Assembly (NCBI GenBank): GCA_965216565.1
Contig: OZ244170.1
Coordinates: forward strand, 2,784,001-2,848,000
Reading direction: 5' to 3'
DNA length: 64,000 bases
Source of the DNA: Bythopirellula sp.
GTDB taxonomy: Bacteria; Planctomycetota; Planctomycetia; Pirellulales; Lacipirellulaceae
Both the position numbers and the translations under genes were made by a program. Below the pieces are notes generated by a model. It worked only from the letters and a program-made list of their open reading frames with translations, did no database searches and had not been told where the DNA came from. Positions 35,275 to 44,864 of this stretch are shown one piece after another; position 1 is the first letter of the stretch, and every line of letters starts with the position of its first letter.

Positions 35275-36087
35275 CTATAAACCGATGGACGCGGGCTTGA
35301 TTTTGACTTCACCTAAGTCGAGTTCCCCGTCCGCAGGAATTTCGAGTTTTGCTCGGCCTTTGCGATCGGTCGAGCCAGCGGAACCCAGCTTCAGCTTCTT
35401 CATGTTCCCCTTCGACTCGTGCCAAAAAATAAACTGATGCTCACCAGCAGGTAGATTCTTGATTTCGAAGCTACCATCCTCACCCGTGACGGCCATGTAG
35501 GGATTATCGCGGATGAGCATGTAAGCGTTCATCCAAGGATGAATGCTGCAAGAAACGGGTGTGGGATAGGGTTCTGCCTTATCAAACTTTTTCTTGATCG
35601 GCTTGCCACTGGAAACCGTCTCGTTGAATGCTGGATTCTTCAGAAGATCGGCCTTGGTGTTGTGGCCCACTGGATCGGAGTTTTGAATCTCAAGCGGTTG
35701 ACCGGTTCTCATCACGAGGGCGTGCGGCTCGAAACGACAGCCTTTGTTGTCGAGCACTGCAGAATTATCTCCAACTTCCTTGAGGTCAGGATGGATGTCT
35801 GCTTTCTTACCCCGCTTCAAGTAAAGATAGACGAACACGTTCTTCAGTCCGCCGTTTTCACCAGTCTCTACCGTCTGATCAACCAAATCGTGCTTGCCGC
35901 AAACTTCAGTATCTTTGTTTACATTAATTGCGGAAGGATCAGGAACCTTGCCATCGACAACGAGTTTGCCCTTCAGCGTGCCCCACTCTTGGGCAGACGC
36001 CTTCGGAGCCATAACTACTGTCGCAACGAGGCAAATGGCAAGAATTTTTATTGCAATGATTCGTCTTGTAACCGTCATTTCATTCAC
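35275..36087 (-). CDS. Cupredoxin/MauL-like and carboxypeptidase-regulatory-like exported protein (paralog of the adjacent gene)
   Basis: Signal peptide ASA-Q; DNKGCRF, NSDPVGHN, CSIHPWM, DGSFEIKNLPAG. Confidence 0.7.
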   Translation of the reverse strand: MNEMTVTRRIIAIKILAICLVATVVMAPKASAQEWGTLKGKLVVDGKVPDPSAINVNKDTEVCGKHDLVDQTVETGENGGLKNVFVYLYLKRGKKADIHPDLKEVGDNSAVLDNKGCRFEPHALVMRTGQPLEIQNSDPVGHNTKADLLKNPAFNETVSSGKPIKKKFDKAEPYPTPVSCSIHPWMNAYMLIRDNPYMAVTGEDGSFEIKNLPAGEHQFIFWHESKGNMKKLKLGSAGSTDRKGRAKLEIPADGELDLGEVKIKPASIGL

Positions 36088-36147
36088 TCTCTTTCTCTAT
36101 TGCCCTTCTCAATCACTTTGAATTTGACCCGTTCCTCGGACAAATCA

Positions 36148-39100
36148 CTACCGTCGGGGTGCACCATCTGGTGATGCATTGGCGGACTCCGTCGACTCAG
36201 CCGCTGCCTTCTCAACTAGCGGTTCGATCGACGTATTTCGCTTGGCGTAAACGTCAAAGTTCATCAACAAGTCGACCAATCCGCGAAGCTGCTCGATACT
36301 CGTGCCTTCGTACAACTTCTGTGCCACGCCACCCAGATGATCTGCATCGGGGTTATAAATAATATTTACGGGCATTCCGGTGTAGGGAAGGATTCGTTTT
36401 GGATTGGCGACCCAATTTCTCACATATTCTGGCCGGAGACGCCGATAGACGTCCGCGAGGTTGGGTCCAAAGGTTCTCTCATCGCCTTGCGGATAGAAAT
36501 CAGCCACGCCGTGGCACTTCACGCAATAGTTCCCATCGGTGACGATGTTCATGGCCTGGCCCAGATGATCCGGATGATCGTCTTCAGCCTCGGCGAGGTA
36601 GCTGTCGCGTTGTTGCGGTTTGTATTCGTAAGGGAATTCGACCTGCGAAGAAGCAGCAAAGTAGTTCACCAATGCTGACGCTTCGTCGGAAGACATATGG
36701 AAGTTCGGCATCCGCATCACCGCTGCGGGGCGTAGCGCGACCGGGTCCATCAAGAATCCATGCAGCCAATCCGGTTGCACCTTCTCACCCTCGGCCATCA
36801 ATGGCGGAGGCAGCCAACCCCAGGCCTCGGAACCCTTCACCTGTGGATTCGATTCTTTCGCTTTCTCGATCACGTGCGGGAACAAGTAGCGGGCCAAATC
36901 GCCGCCCCAAGCTTCGTAGGCCGTTCCATTGGCCGGGCCGTAGTCCTCACGCGCGGCTGGGATCATCAAGTCTTGCAGACCCATCAACCACTCTTCACCC
37001 TGTAGCAGTGCGTCTTCCCACAGCGTAAAGCGATAGTACGGATCGGACTCGTCGTCGTTCGGATCGAGCGACAGGCCGTCTTCGTCAAACAATTCCGGCT
37101 CGCCCGTCTGTTCGCTAATGGCAGGCAGCCCGCGAATATGAGCCTCGTAGAAGCCTCGCTTGTTGGTCACAAGGGACTCAGCAATTTCGGTGGTCGAGAA
37201 ATGGGGCTCCAGGAATGGGTAGTCCGTCAGCTCAGACGGAGAACCGAATAGATCCTCTTCGAAGGCAAAGTCCCAAGATTCCATGCGCATGGTATGGCAA
37301 CCCGCACAATTAAATCGTTCGAGCACCGCACGTCCATCGACAATGGCTTGCTGCTCTGGCGAGGGATCGTAAACGAACTTCTCATCTGGCGGTTCGTTCA
37401 CCAAGCCGAGAATAAACGTGATAACCGCTTCGCGCTCTTCGGGATTGAATGGGAACAACGGCATCCGCAATCGTTCATTGAAACCCTTATTGCGAGTGGT
37501 CTTGTAATCGTAGCTACGTGGCATACGCAGCTTTTGCCATATGAAGCCATCGCGTGAGTGACCATTGATCGCTTGGATGAAATAACTTGTGTCAGGCTCA
37601 AAATCCGCTGGATTCAAATGGCCGTGACTAGCGTGGGCCTCGTCGCCATGATCGGCGTGTTCGTCGTCATGCTCCAGATTTGGGTTACCAGGGCCTTCGA
37701 GGAACTTGTGAATGTTTTCGAACGCGAGCTTCGAACTATCCTTACGGCCCCACTCGGCTAGCGCCGCACCGATCGGCTTGGCATCTTCATAGCCTGGGAT
37801 GTCGTGGCAGCCGAAGCAGCCGTACTTGCTAATCGTCCGTTTTGCGACAAAGGTTTTTAAGGCCTCGGTGCGATCGGCAAAGTTCTTCTGCAGCAGAAGT
37901 TTCTCGTCGGCTTTGAGCTTTGGTTCCAAATGATTGGGAATGCCGCCGTCAATGAACTCGCGAGCGCGGCTGGTCGGAATGGCATCGCTGGAGAGCCACT
38001 CAACAGCCAAGTCGGCAAGATCAGCGACTTCTTGTGCCGACCAGTCACCCGTGGGCACATCGGAAGGCTTCCAATCCGAAGGCGTGCCGAGCAGGAACAC
38101 AGCAATGTCTGCCGCTGGATCGGTCACCTTACCGGTGGGTTGCCCCGTGGCATCCGTCTCGTCAATTGGATCGAGATACAAGTCCGGCATTTTTGTGCGG
38201 ACGTGATACTTGTGCGGTTGCTTCAACCAGGAATAGAGCCAAAGCGTGCCCTTCTCCGAGAGGTTTCCATCGGCAGCCGTGAATTTCGCGCTGATGCGAG
38301 ACAGATCGGGCCCTTGGTCACTGGCGATTCCCGAGAAGGCCTCGTGCGAATGGCAAGCCAGGCAGCCCCGGGTTTGGAACAGCCATTTTCCACGCTCTGC
38401 GCTTGGCGGTTCGGTGACACCTTCCGGCGGAGCAACGTAATCGAACGATTTGTCGCTATTGGCCAGCAAGAAATCGGTCAGGGCGCGAATCTCGACTGGC
38501 TCGTATTTCAGGCTCTCCTCAAGTTCCGATTCGTCCTCGGGATCTTGCAAGTGTTCGTGCAAGCCAAAGAATTGCGGCATTTTTGTCGAGGGACGGAAGT
38601 CGGCAGGTTTCCTAATCCAACTATAAAGCCACTGCTCATCAACCTTGGAATCTAAGTACCGGAGGCTGGGGCCAACCTTGCGGTAAGAACCCGGTACCTC
38701 AACGTCTTTCAAACTGTCGGCAAGTTTATAGGTAGCTGAGGAAAGCTCACCGTCTTCCCGCTCATCTTGATTGATCGAGGCCAGCAGTAGTCGACGTACC
38801 GAATCGCTGTCGGGACGCGCGATGATTTGATCAGCCATCTCGCGCTGTTCGTCAGTAAGACTTTCATCCAGCAATATCTGCTGCGCGACGCCTGCGTAAT
38901 TCGATTCCAATCTCACGTCTGGACCAACGCGGGTATCGGGCCCGTCGTAGCCGTTGATTTCGTGGCAGCCAAAGCAGCCGTATTCCTCGACAAGCGTCCA
39001 ACCTTCGACCAGCTTAGGCGCGGGGGGCGCGGGGAATCTCTCGCTCGGCTCCAGGCTACCCTTATCGTAGTGGCACTTGGTGCAGTTGCTCTCCTCGAAG

Positions 39101-40701
39101 CGGTCCGGCTTCATCGGGAAAATCCAATGATGATTGTCGAACCAACTGTATTCGCGGGTCCAGCGAGCATGCTGCTCGGCATTGTTGGGTGTGTGCGATG
39201 TCCACTTGAAAGAGGTACCGCTGCCCTGGCCATCGTGGCAAATCGTACAACCCATATCCTTTTCTGGATGCGGGCTGGAGTCGGTCAGATAGAGGTCCAA
39301 CCGTGGATGACTGGTAAATGGGTGATCGAGACCGCGGCGGACTTCCAGCGATATCATTTCTCCCCAATCAGCTTGCTTGAGGAGCAGTGTATTGGCCAGT
39401 GCCGTATCGTAAACCGGCACGTCGCCCACGGTGACTATTTTGTCGCCGGCTTTCAAACCAGCTAAAGCCGCAGGTGTTTCGGGCAGCACATAATGGACCA
39501 GGACCGCATCGGCATAACCGACCAGCGGTTCGTCGGTAAGCTCCATGCCGTAAACGTCCCGCAGCGTTGAGCCATCTTCCGGTTTGCTGCCGGGAGCTTC
39601 GATCTGAAATACTCGCTGCTTCTCTTCCTCCGACAACGTCGGATAGGCCGGCTGATCGGCGGTCCCTGCGGCCGTTTGAGAGATCGCCACGTGACAAGTC
39701 TTGCAACGATCGAAACGAGCTACCTGCGAGAAGTTGTAATTGATGGTCATGTCGGGCAACCAAATCTGGTCGATCCGAACATTACCGTCGTACAGTGCAT
39801 TCAAAACCGGCCAACGGGTAATCCATTCGCCCACATTCGATGTATTCTTGTAGACCTGGTCATTAAGCCGCGAGAGTTCGGTTTCCATCGAGCCGCGCTC
39901 TTTGGCGAGCTCGGCAATGGGCTCGTTGATTTCCTTAATGATCGATTCCAGCGAGGTGCGATAGCGATTGGCTTCTGCGATATCCTCGGTGAGCTCCGCA
40001 ATCTTTTTGGTGAAGCCGTCAATCTTCTCCTGCTTGGCTTCGATTTTATCCTGAGGCTCATTGCCGCCAATCATCAAACCCAGTTCGCTGACGGCTGCGG
40101 TTCGGTCTGCCGCGACAAACTTACGCTGGCCCACGAGTTGGTTTTCGCGACGCTTGGCCTCGCGAATGTGCCCTTGCATCTCGGCGAGCAACGCACTGCG
40201 GGCAACAACCGCGTCTTGACGCGCCTCGGCCAGCTCGTTGTCTGCTTTGGATTCACTTGCTTCTGCCTTCTCAGACTCTGTATCTGAGGAGGAGTCTTCC
40301 GCAGCAAGCTCCTCAACCTGAGACACTTCGTCAACGAATTCCTGGTAGGCAGATTCAACGCCCGAGACGTCGGTCTCACCTAGATTAAGCCTAGCGTCTT
40401 CTTCGTGAACCTCTTCCTTAAACTGTTCGACAAGCTCCGGTTCGATCATCTCGCTTTGCAGTTCAACGATGTCCTTGTCGAAGGTTTCCATCTTGCTGGA
40501 AAACTGGTCTTCGACCAAATCGCGGCGAGCCAACGTCATGCGGGCTTCCTTCTTGCGATTCTGGAGCTGCCACTCTTTCCATTCCCGATTGTGATCCTTA
40601 GCCACTAACCACAGCGAAGCAATCATCATCACCACGGCGCTAGCGCCGAAGACAATGTGCATTACTTTCTGATCACGCCAGGTTTGTTCGGTTGCGGGCA
40701 T
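36148..40701 (-). CDS. Membrane-anchored octaheme cytochrome c with coiled-coil and PDZ-like domain (1517 aa)
   Basis: Eight CxxCH motifs (CKTCH, CTICH, CTKCH, CFGCH, CLACH, CFGCH, CAGCH, CVKCH); N-terminal TM; PETPAALAGLKAGDKIVTV PDZ signature. Confidence 0.9.
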   Translation of the reverse strand: MPATEQTWRDQKVMHIVFGASAVVMMIASLWLVAKDHNREWKEWQLQNRKKEARMTLARRDLVEDQFSSKMETFDKDIVELQSEMIEPELVEQFKEEVHEEDARLNLGETDVSGVESAYQEFVDEVSQVEELAAEDSSSDTESEKAEASESKADNELAEARQDAVVARSALLAEMQGHIREAKRRENQLVGQRKFVAADRTAAVSELGLMIGGNEPQDKIEAKQEKIDGFTKKIAELTEDIAEANRYRTSLESIIKEINEPIAELAKERGSMETELSRLNDQVYKNTSNVGEWITRWPVLNALYDGNVRIDQIWLPDMTINYNFSQVARFDRCKTCHVAISQTAAGTADQPAYPTLSEEEKQRVFQIEAPGSKPEDGSTLRDVYGMELTDEPLVGYADAVLVHYVLPETPAALAGLKAGDKIVTVGDVPVYDTALANTLLLKQADWGEMISLEVRRGLDHPFTSHPRLDLYLTDSSPHPEKDMGCTICHDGQGSGTSFKWTSHTPNNAEQHARWTREYSWFDNHHWIFPMKPDRFEESNCTKCHYDKGSLEPSERFPAPPAPKLVEGWTLVEEYGCFGCHEINGYDGPDTRVGPDVRLESNYAGVAQQILLDESLTDEQREMADQIIARPDSDSVRRLLLASINQDEREDGELSSATYKLADSLKDVEVPGSYRKVGPSLRYLDSKVDEQWLYSWIRKPADFRPSTKMPQFFGLHEHLQDPEDESELEESLKYEPVEIRALTDFLLANSDKSFDYVAPPEGVTEPPSAERGKWLFQTRGCLACHSHEAFSGIASDQGPDLSRISAKFTAADGNLSEKGTLWLYSWLKQPHKYHVRTKMPDLYLDPIDETDATGQPTGKVTDPAADIAVFLLGTPSDWKPSDVPTGDWSAQEVADLADLAVEWLSSDAIPTSRAREFIDGGIPNHLEPKLKADEKLLLQKNFADRTEALKTFVAKRTISKYGCFGCHDIPGYEDAKPIGAALAEWGRKDSSKLAFENIHKFLEGPGNPNLEHDDEHADHGDEAHASHGHLNPADFEPDTSYFIQAINGHSRDGFIWQKLRMPRSYDYKTTRNKGFNERLRMPLFPFNPEEREAVITFILGLVNEPPDEKFVYDPSPEQQAIVDGRAVLERFNCAGCHTMRMESWDFAFEEDLFGSPSELTDYPFLEPHFSTTEIAESLVTNKRGFYEAHIRGLPAISEQTGEPELFDEDGLSLDPNDDESDPYYRFTLWEDALLQGEEWLMGLQDLMIPAAREDYGPANGTAYEAWGGDLARYLFPHVIEKAKESNPQVKGSEAWGWLPPPLMAEGEKVQPDWLHGFLMDPVALRPAAVMRMPNFHMSSDEASALVNYFAASSQVEFPYEYKPQQRDSYLAEAEDDHPDHLGQAMNIVTDGNYCVKCHGVADFYPQGDERTFGPNLADVYRRLRPEYVRNWVANPKRILPYTGMPVNIIYNPDADHLGGVAQKLYEGTSIEQLRGLVDLLMNFDVYAKRNTSIEPLVEKAAAESTESANASPDGAPRR

Positions 40702-40707
40702 TTGTTT

Positions 40708-40766
40708 AGCCCCCGACTCTGCCGGGGGATCTTCGTTTATCCAGTCCCCCGGCAGAGCCAGGGGCT
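40708..40766. repeat. TCCCCCGGCAGAGCC-type inverted hairpin pair
   Basis: agcccccgactctgccggggga ... tcccccggcagagccaggggct. Confidence 0.65.
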
Positions 40767-40770
40767 TCGG

Positions 40771-42171
40771 TTAAAAATTGAAAAAATACTCAGGGATTGA
40801 TATCAAATACTTCAGGTTAAACACCCAGCGCAGCACCATCTTGATGGGCAACGACGCCATAAATAGCAGCAAGTTGGCCAGCACCATAAAGCGGATGAAA
40901 CCCATACGCTTGTAGAATCCGGGCATTACCAGGACGGCCAAAATCGGCGGCAAGGCGACAAAGTAGCCCAGCACCAACAACGTCCCCGGCAACTCGCGGC
41001 CAAACAGGAGCGCTAAGAACTGCCCAAACGGACGCAGCAAGTCGGGCATCCACAGCAACTCCGGCGTGCCCGGCAGACCCATGTCTAACAGGCCATTCCA
41101 GAAATATTCCGATATATTCACATTGTTCAGCGCTTCCACCTTGTGCGCATCCCAATACTCGTAGGGACCAAAAAAGTTCCAGTTCGGGCCGCGCAACAAC
41201 GTACCAAGCACGATCAACGTCACCCACATTTCCAAGAATCCAAACTGGAAGGTGATGTAGCTGAACTTCCGTTCGTTGATGGTGTAGTAGCCGTTACCCT
41301 TCTTGTTAAAGTCGATATACGGAATCGCCATCAGCCCGGCCACGATCATGCTGGGCAGCACCACGCCGGCCATCCAGGGATCGTAGTAGACCAGCATTTC
41401 CTGAAGACCGAGAAAATACCAAGGCGCCTTCGAAGGGTTAGGCGTTTTCACACTACTGGCAGCTTCTTCCAAAGGTGCAGGTAACGCGATGGCCCAGAAT
41501 ATGAGAAACGCCGTCAAGGCGATCATGCAGATCAGTTCGGTATAAACGAGATCGGGCCAAACCAGCACCTTCTCGTCATCGAGTTTTTCCAAGGGAGGCT
41601 CGCCATTGGCGATGCGCTCGTCGTTTTGCACGGCTCGATAAGTTCCCAGCCACGTAAAAAACGCGAGCAGAAACACTAGCATCACAATCGGCACGTTGTC
41701 TGGCTTGGCAACGATTTCGTAAAAGTCGCGGTCAGTCATCGAGAAACCAAGGAACAACCACATCAAGTTCCAAATCGTCCAAGCAACAGCCGGAATCACA
41801 AAGAACCCGCGGAAGATATACAGCACAACAAGCACAACCGTGGTGCCCACGCTATAGATGACCGGGCCCGTGCTGTTATTGATGAACTCGCGCCAACTTT
41901 CGGGAAGCGACACCCAAGAGGTCATGCCGCTACCACCAATGGCAGCCAACAGCACAAAAACCGACGCCCACACCAGCCACACAAAAGCGTTCGTGACGGG
42001 CACTGACCGATCGGCGAACGGCACTGGTATGGAGAACCAAGTCTGGAGCTTTCCGGATCGCCATAAATAGAGCGCCGCCAGGCCGTTCATCAGCGCTAGC
42101 GCAATGTAATAGGGCCCCAAGAAGGAGGCGACCATTTCCAGGAATTGCTCGGTTGTCTTTCCGTGAGTCAT
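40771..42171 (-). CDS. Cytochrome b C-terminal / subunit IV-like protein with N-terminal TM extension
   Basis: VWPDLV, PAPLEEAA, TPNPSKAPWYFLG (PEWY-equivalent), IPYID; adjacent to cytochrome b6. Confidence 0.82.
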   Translation of the reverse strand: MTHGKTTEQFLEMVASFLGPYYIALALMNGLAALYLWRSGKLQTWFSIPVPFADRSVPVTNAFVWLVWASVFVLLAAIGGSGMTSWVSLPESWREFINNSTGPVIYSVGTTVVLVVLYIFRGFFVIPAVAWTIWNLMWLFLGFSMTDRDFYEIVAKPDNVPIVMLVFLLAFFTWLGTYRAVQNDERIANGEPPLEKLDDEKVLVWPDLVYTELICMIALTAFLIFWAIALPAPLEEAASSVKTPNPSKAPWYFLGLQEMLVYYDPWMAGVVLPSMIVAGLMAIPYIDFNKKGNGYYTINERKFSYITFQFGFLEMWVTLIVLGTLLRGPNWNFFGPYEYWDAHKVEALNNVNISEYFWNGLLDMGLPGTPELLWMPDLLRPFGQFLALLFGRELPGTLLVLGYFVALPPILAVLVMPGFYKRMGFIRFMVLANLLLFMASLPIKMVLRWVFNLKYLISIPEYFFNF

Positions 42172-42258
42172 CGGAGCGAGGGGCTAGAGACTGGAGGCTA
42201 GAAACTAGGATCACGATGCAACGCGAACCCTTATTCCACGCTCTCCTATCTCGCTGAC

Positions 42259-43035
42259 CTACAGCGGCCCACTAATTCCTCCATCTTTGCGGACTCGCCA
42301 AAAGTGGATTGCCAGCAGCAAAGCCACGCCCAGCGGAATCGCGATACAGTGCAAAATGTAAAATCGGTTCAGCGTCTCTTCACCTACCTCGCGCGCACCA
42401 AGCAGCGCAAAGCGGGCATCCGAGGCGTTGGTAATCATATCGACACCGCCCAGGGTCAATAACTGTTGACCGGGACCTTCATGCCCCAGAATTGGAGTCG
42501 CCCGGGCCATATTCGAACCCACGGTGATCGCCCAAACAGCTAACTGATCCCACGGCAACAGGTAGCCGGTAAACGAGAGCAACAGTGTGAGCAGCAGTAG
42601 AAAAACACCGACAACCCAATTGAACTCACGCGGCGGCTTATAGCTACCGGTGAGAAACACACGATACATGTGCAGCCAAACAGTGATTACCATCGCATGG
42701 GCACCCCACCGATGGATTTCGCGCAAGATCCCTAGCGAATGGACATCCCGAAGCATTTGAATATCGGTATACGCCCACTCAACCGTCGGTCGATAGTAAA
42801 ACATCAACAGCACGCCCGTGACGGTTTCAACCAAAAACAAGAAGAACGTCACGCCGCCCATACACCAGGTATAAGACAAGGCGATGCCCTGCTTCTTAAT
42901 GGAAACGGGATGCAGATGCAGAAAGAAGTTGGTGAGCATCACCACAATCCGGTTCCGTCGATCGACGGGCATCGGATGGCGGAAGATACTCTTCCAAATC
43001 TGAGATTCGCGTACTATTTCGCCTAGGTCAGGCAT
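42259..43035 (-). CDS. petB: Cytochrome b6-like (N-terminal half of cytochrome b)
   Basis: [25 protein letters not shown]...[20 protein letters not shown]...IHF. Confidence 0.92.
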   Translation of the reverse strand: MPDLGEIVRESQIWKSIFRHPMPVDRRNRIVVMLTNFFLHLHPVSIKKQGIALSYTWCMGGVTFFLFLVETVTGVLLMFYYRPTVEWAYTDIQMLRDVHSLGILREIHRWGAHAMVITVWLHMYRVFLTGSYKPPREFNWVVGVFLLLLTLLLSFTGYLLPWDQLAVWAITVGSNMARATPILGHEGPGQQLLTLGGVDMITNASDARFALLGAREVGEETLNRFYILHCIAIPLGVALLLAIHFWRVRKDGGISGPL

Positions 43036-43100
43036 ATGTCGTTGTCAGTTGCAGGTTGTCAGTTGCTAATTACTTATTTATTTAGAACGAAAAAACTCGG

Positions 43101-44144
43101 TTAAACGCTGATGTAGCAGGAGGGATCGCTCCACTGCCCCATCTCCTCTTGGAACGTCTTGCTCTTGTCGATTTCAATCTGCCCATCGTCGGCGATGCGG
43201 ATGGCATATCGCTCCAGCGGTCGCGGTGCGGGACCCTCGAAGTTGATGCCGTCTTTGTAAAAACCACTACCGTGGCAGGGGCATTTGAACTTCTGCTCGG
43301 CCTCGAGCCAGTTCGGCGTACAGCCGAGGTGCGTGCAAACCGACTTCAGGGCATAAATCACTTGCTCGCCGTTGTAATCGGCGTTGGCAATCCACACGCC
43401 ATACTGGGCTTTGTATTTGGTTTGGACCTGACCGGCAGCGAAGGCATCGGGAAAACCAACCTTAAACTTGCTAGGCGGTTCGCGACGAACATTGGGAAAT
43501 AGAAACTTCAGCGAAAGCAGCGACCACAACAGCGAGACGAGCCCAACCATCCAAAAGCCGAGATTTAGGAAGCCGCGGCGATCTTGCTCGGCGGGCTCCT
43601 TTTTCTTCCCTGCGGCTTTCTTGGTTGCGGCCGGTTTGGCGTAGGCCGGCTTCTCCGGCATCGGCGGTACGACAATCTTCGGCTTGGCTGGCTTTGCTTT
43701 TGGATCAGACTTTTCTTTGGCCGCGGCTTCGGCCTTCGACATCGGCCCCGGCTTGCTTGCCTTGCGAGCGGCAGCCAGGATGCTCGCGGTATCGCGTGCC
43801 ACTGGACCTTTTGATTCTGCCTTCTTCGCCGCGGCCGGCTTGGCTGCAGCAGCTGCCTTTTTGGGAGCCGCTTTCGCAGCGGGCTTTTTAGCAGCGCCTG
43901 ATTTTTCGCCGCGCGCCATCTTCATCATCTCGGCGACGCTAGGTCGGTCGGGGGAACCGGGCTTGGCAATCTTTGGAGGAGGCCCCGCAGAAGATTCGTT
44001 TTCCGCTGCCGCCGGTTCAGCGGCAGCAGTTTCTTCTGGTGCAGGAGGCGTTGCTTCCGATTCAGACGCAGCGCCGTCCTGGCCATCGGCTTTTCGCGCC
44101 GCTGCCAAGATATCGGCGACAGACATCTTCTTCTTATCAGCCAT
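43101..44144 (-). CDS. petC: Rieske [2Fe-2S] subunit with long Ala/Lys/Pro-rich N-terminal extension
   Basis: CTHLGC and CPCHGS boxes; GPAPRPL; internal DRRGFL followed by a TM helix. Confidence 0.92.
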   Translation of the reverse strand: MADKKKMSVADILAAARKADGQDGAASESEATPPAPEETAAAEPAAAENESSAGPPPKIAKPGSPDRPSVAEMMKMARGEKSGAAKKPAAKAAPKKAAAAAKPAAAKKAESKGPVARDTASILAAARKASKPGPMSKAEAAAKEKSDPKAKPAKPKIVVPPMPEKPAYAKPAATKKAAGKKKEPAEQDRRGFLNLGFWMVGLVSLLWSLLSLKFLFPNVRREPPSKFKVGFPDAFAAGQVQTKYKAQYGVWIANADYNGEQVIYALKSVCTHLGCTPNWLEAEQKFKCPCHGSGFYKDGINFEGPAPRPLERYAIRIADDGQIEIDKSKTFQEEMGQWSDPSCYISV

Positions 44145-44332
44145 ATTACTTTTACGCTCAGCCCACGCAGTTGCGATTTATTTCGCTTTGCTGTCCCCTA
44201 ATTGCTACTTCCTTGCCTACCCAATGCGGCGTCCGCACGGGAATCGGCTAGAGGCGAACTACGCTCAGTTTCCGACCCCAACGTATTTGCTGCAAGGCCA
44301 GAGCAGGAATCGACTTGGGGAGAACAAATCGT

Positions 44333-44356
44333 AGATTGTGACATTTTTCACAATCT
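44333..44356. promoter_or_regulatory. Palindromic operator AGATTGTGA-N6-TCACAATCT (Rex- or CRP/FNR-like) upstream of the respiratory operon
   Basis: Perfect 9-bp arms; contains TGTGA-N6-TCACA; one mismatch to Rex TTGTGAA-N4-TTCACAA. Confidence 0.65.
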
Positions 44357-44368
44357 TCCTTCCGATAC

Positions 44369-44396
44369 ATTAAAGTGCAAGGTCGCCAGTTGTCAA
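44369..44396 (-). promoter_or_regulatory. Sigma70-type promoter TTGACA-N16-TTTAAT for the respiratory operon
   Basis: Perfect -35 and 5/6 -10 on the minus strand, pointing to petC. Confidence 0.5.
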
Positions 44397-44644
44397 CATC
44401 CCTTTCCCTAGAACCACTTAACCAACTCTTTTTGAACGAGTTGCTCATGGCTTCTCCCCATTGGCGGATCGCCCATGCTGGAGGCCAGCTATTGAATTGT
44501 AGATCAGGTGGATCAGCAAGTCATTAGTGTCGACACTTCCTCCGACATAACAATCCCCCTAAAATCACGAACGGCTCTGCCTCGTAGCCTGTAGATTTGC
44601 CACGGGGAAAGCTTGGACAGAATGACGACATTTCCAGGAACTTA

Positions 44645-44782
44645 AGACGGTCCAGGAAGATAAGACAGGATGGAAAGAACTGCTTTAAAATCAAAGAGTT
44701 GCGATTGTGGTGTTAGTAGACGGCTCTTGCAGTTAACTATTTTTAACATCCTGTCGATCTTGCCAATCCAGTCATCCTGTCT
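44645..44782. repeat. GACAGGAT-type inverted repeat (MITE-like)
   Basis: Right arm catcctgtcgatcttgccaatccagtcatcctgtct is the near-exact reverse complement of the left arm at 54564-54599. Confidence 0.6.
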
Positions 44783-44864
44783 CACAAATTTCTGCGACCC
44801 TGTGGGGAAATCCCCTGCTACAGCAACCAAGCGGCTCTAGCCAACCTTTTGGAGAATACTCAGA

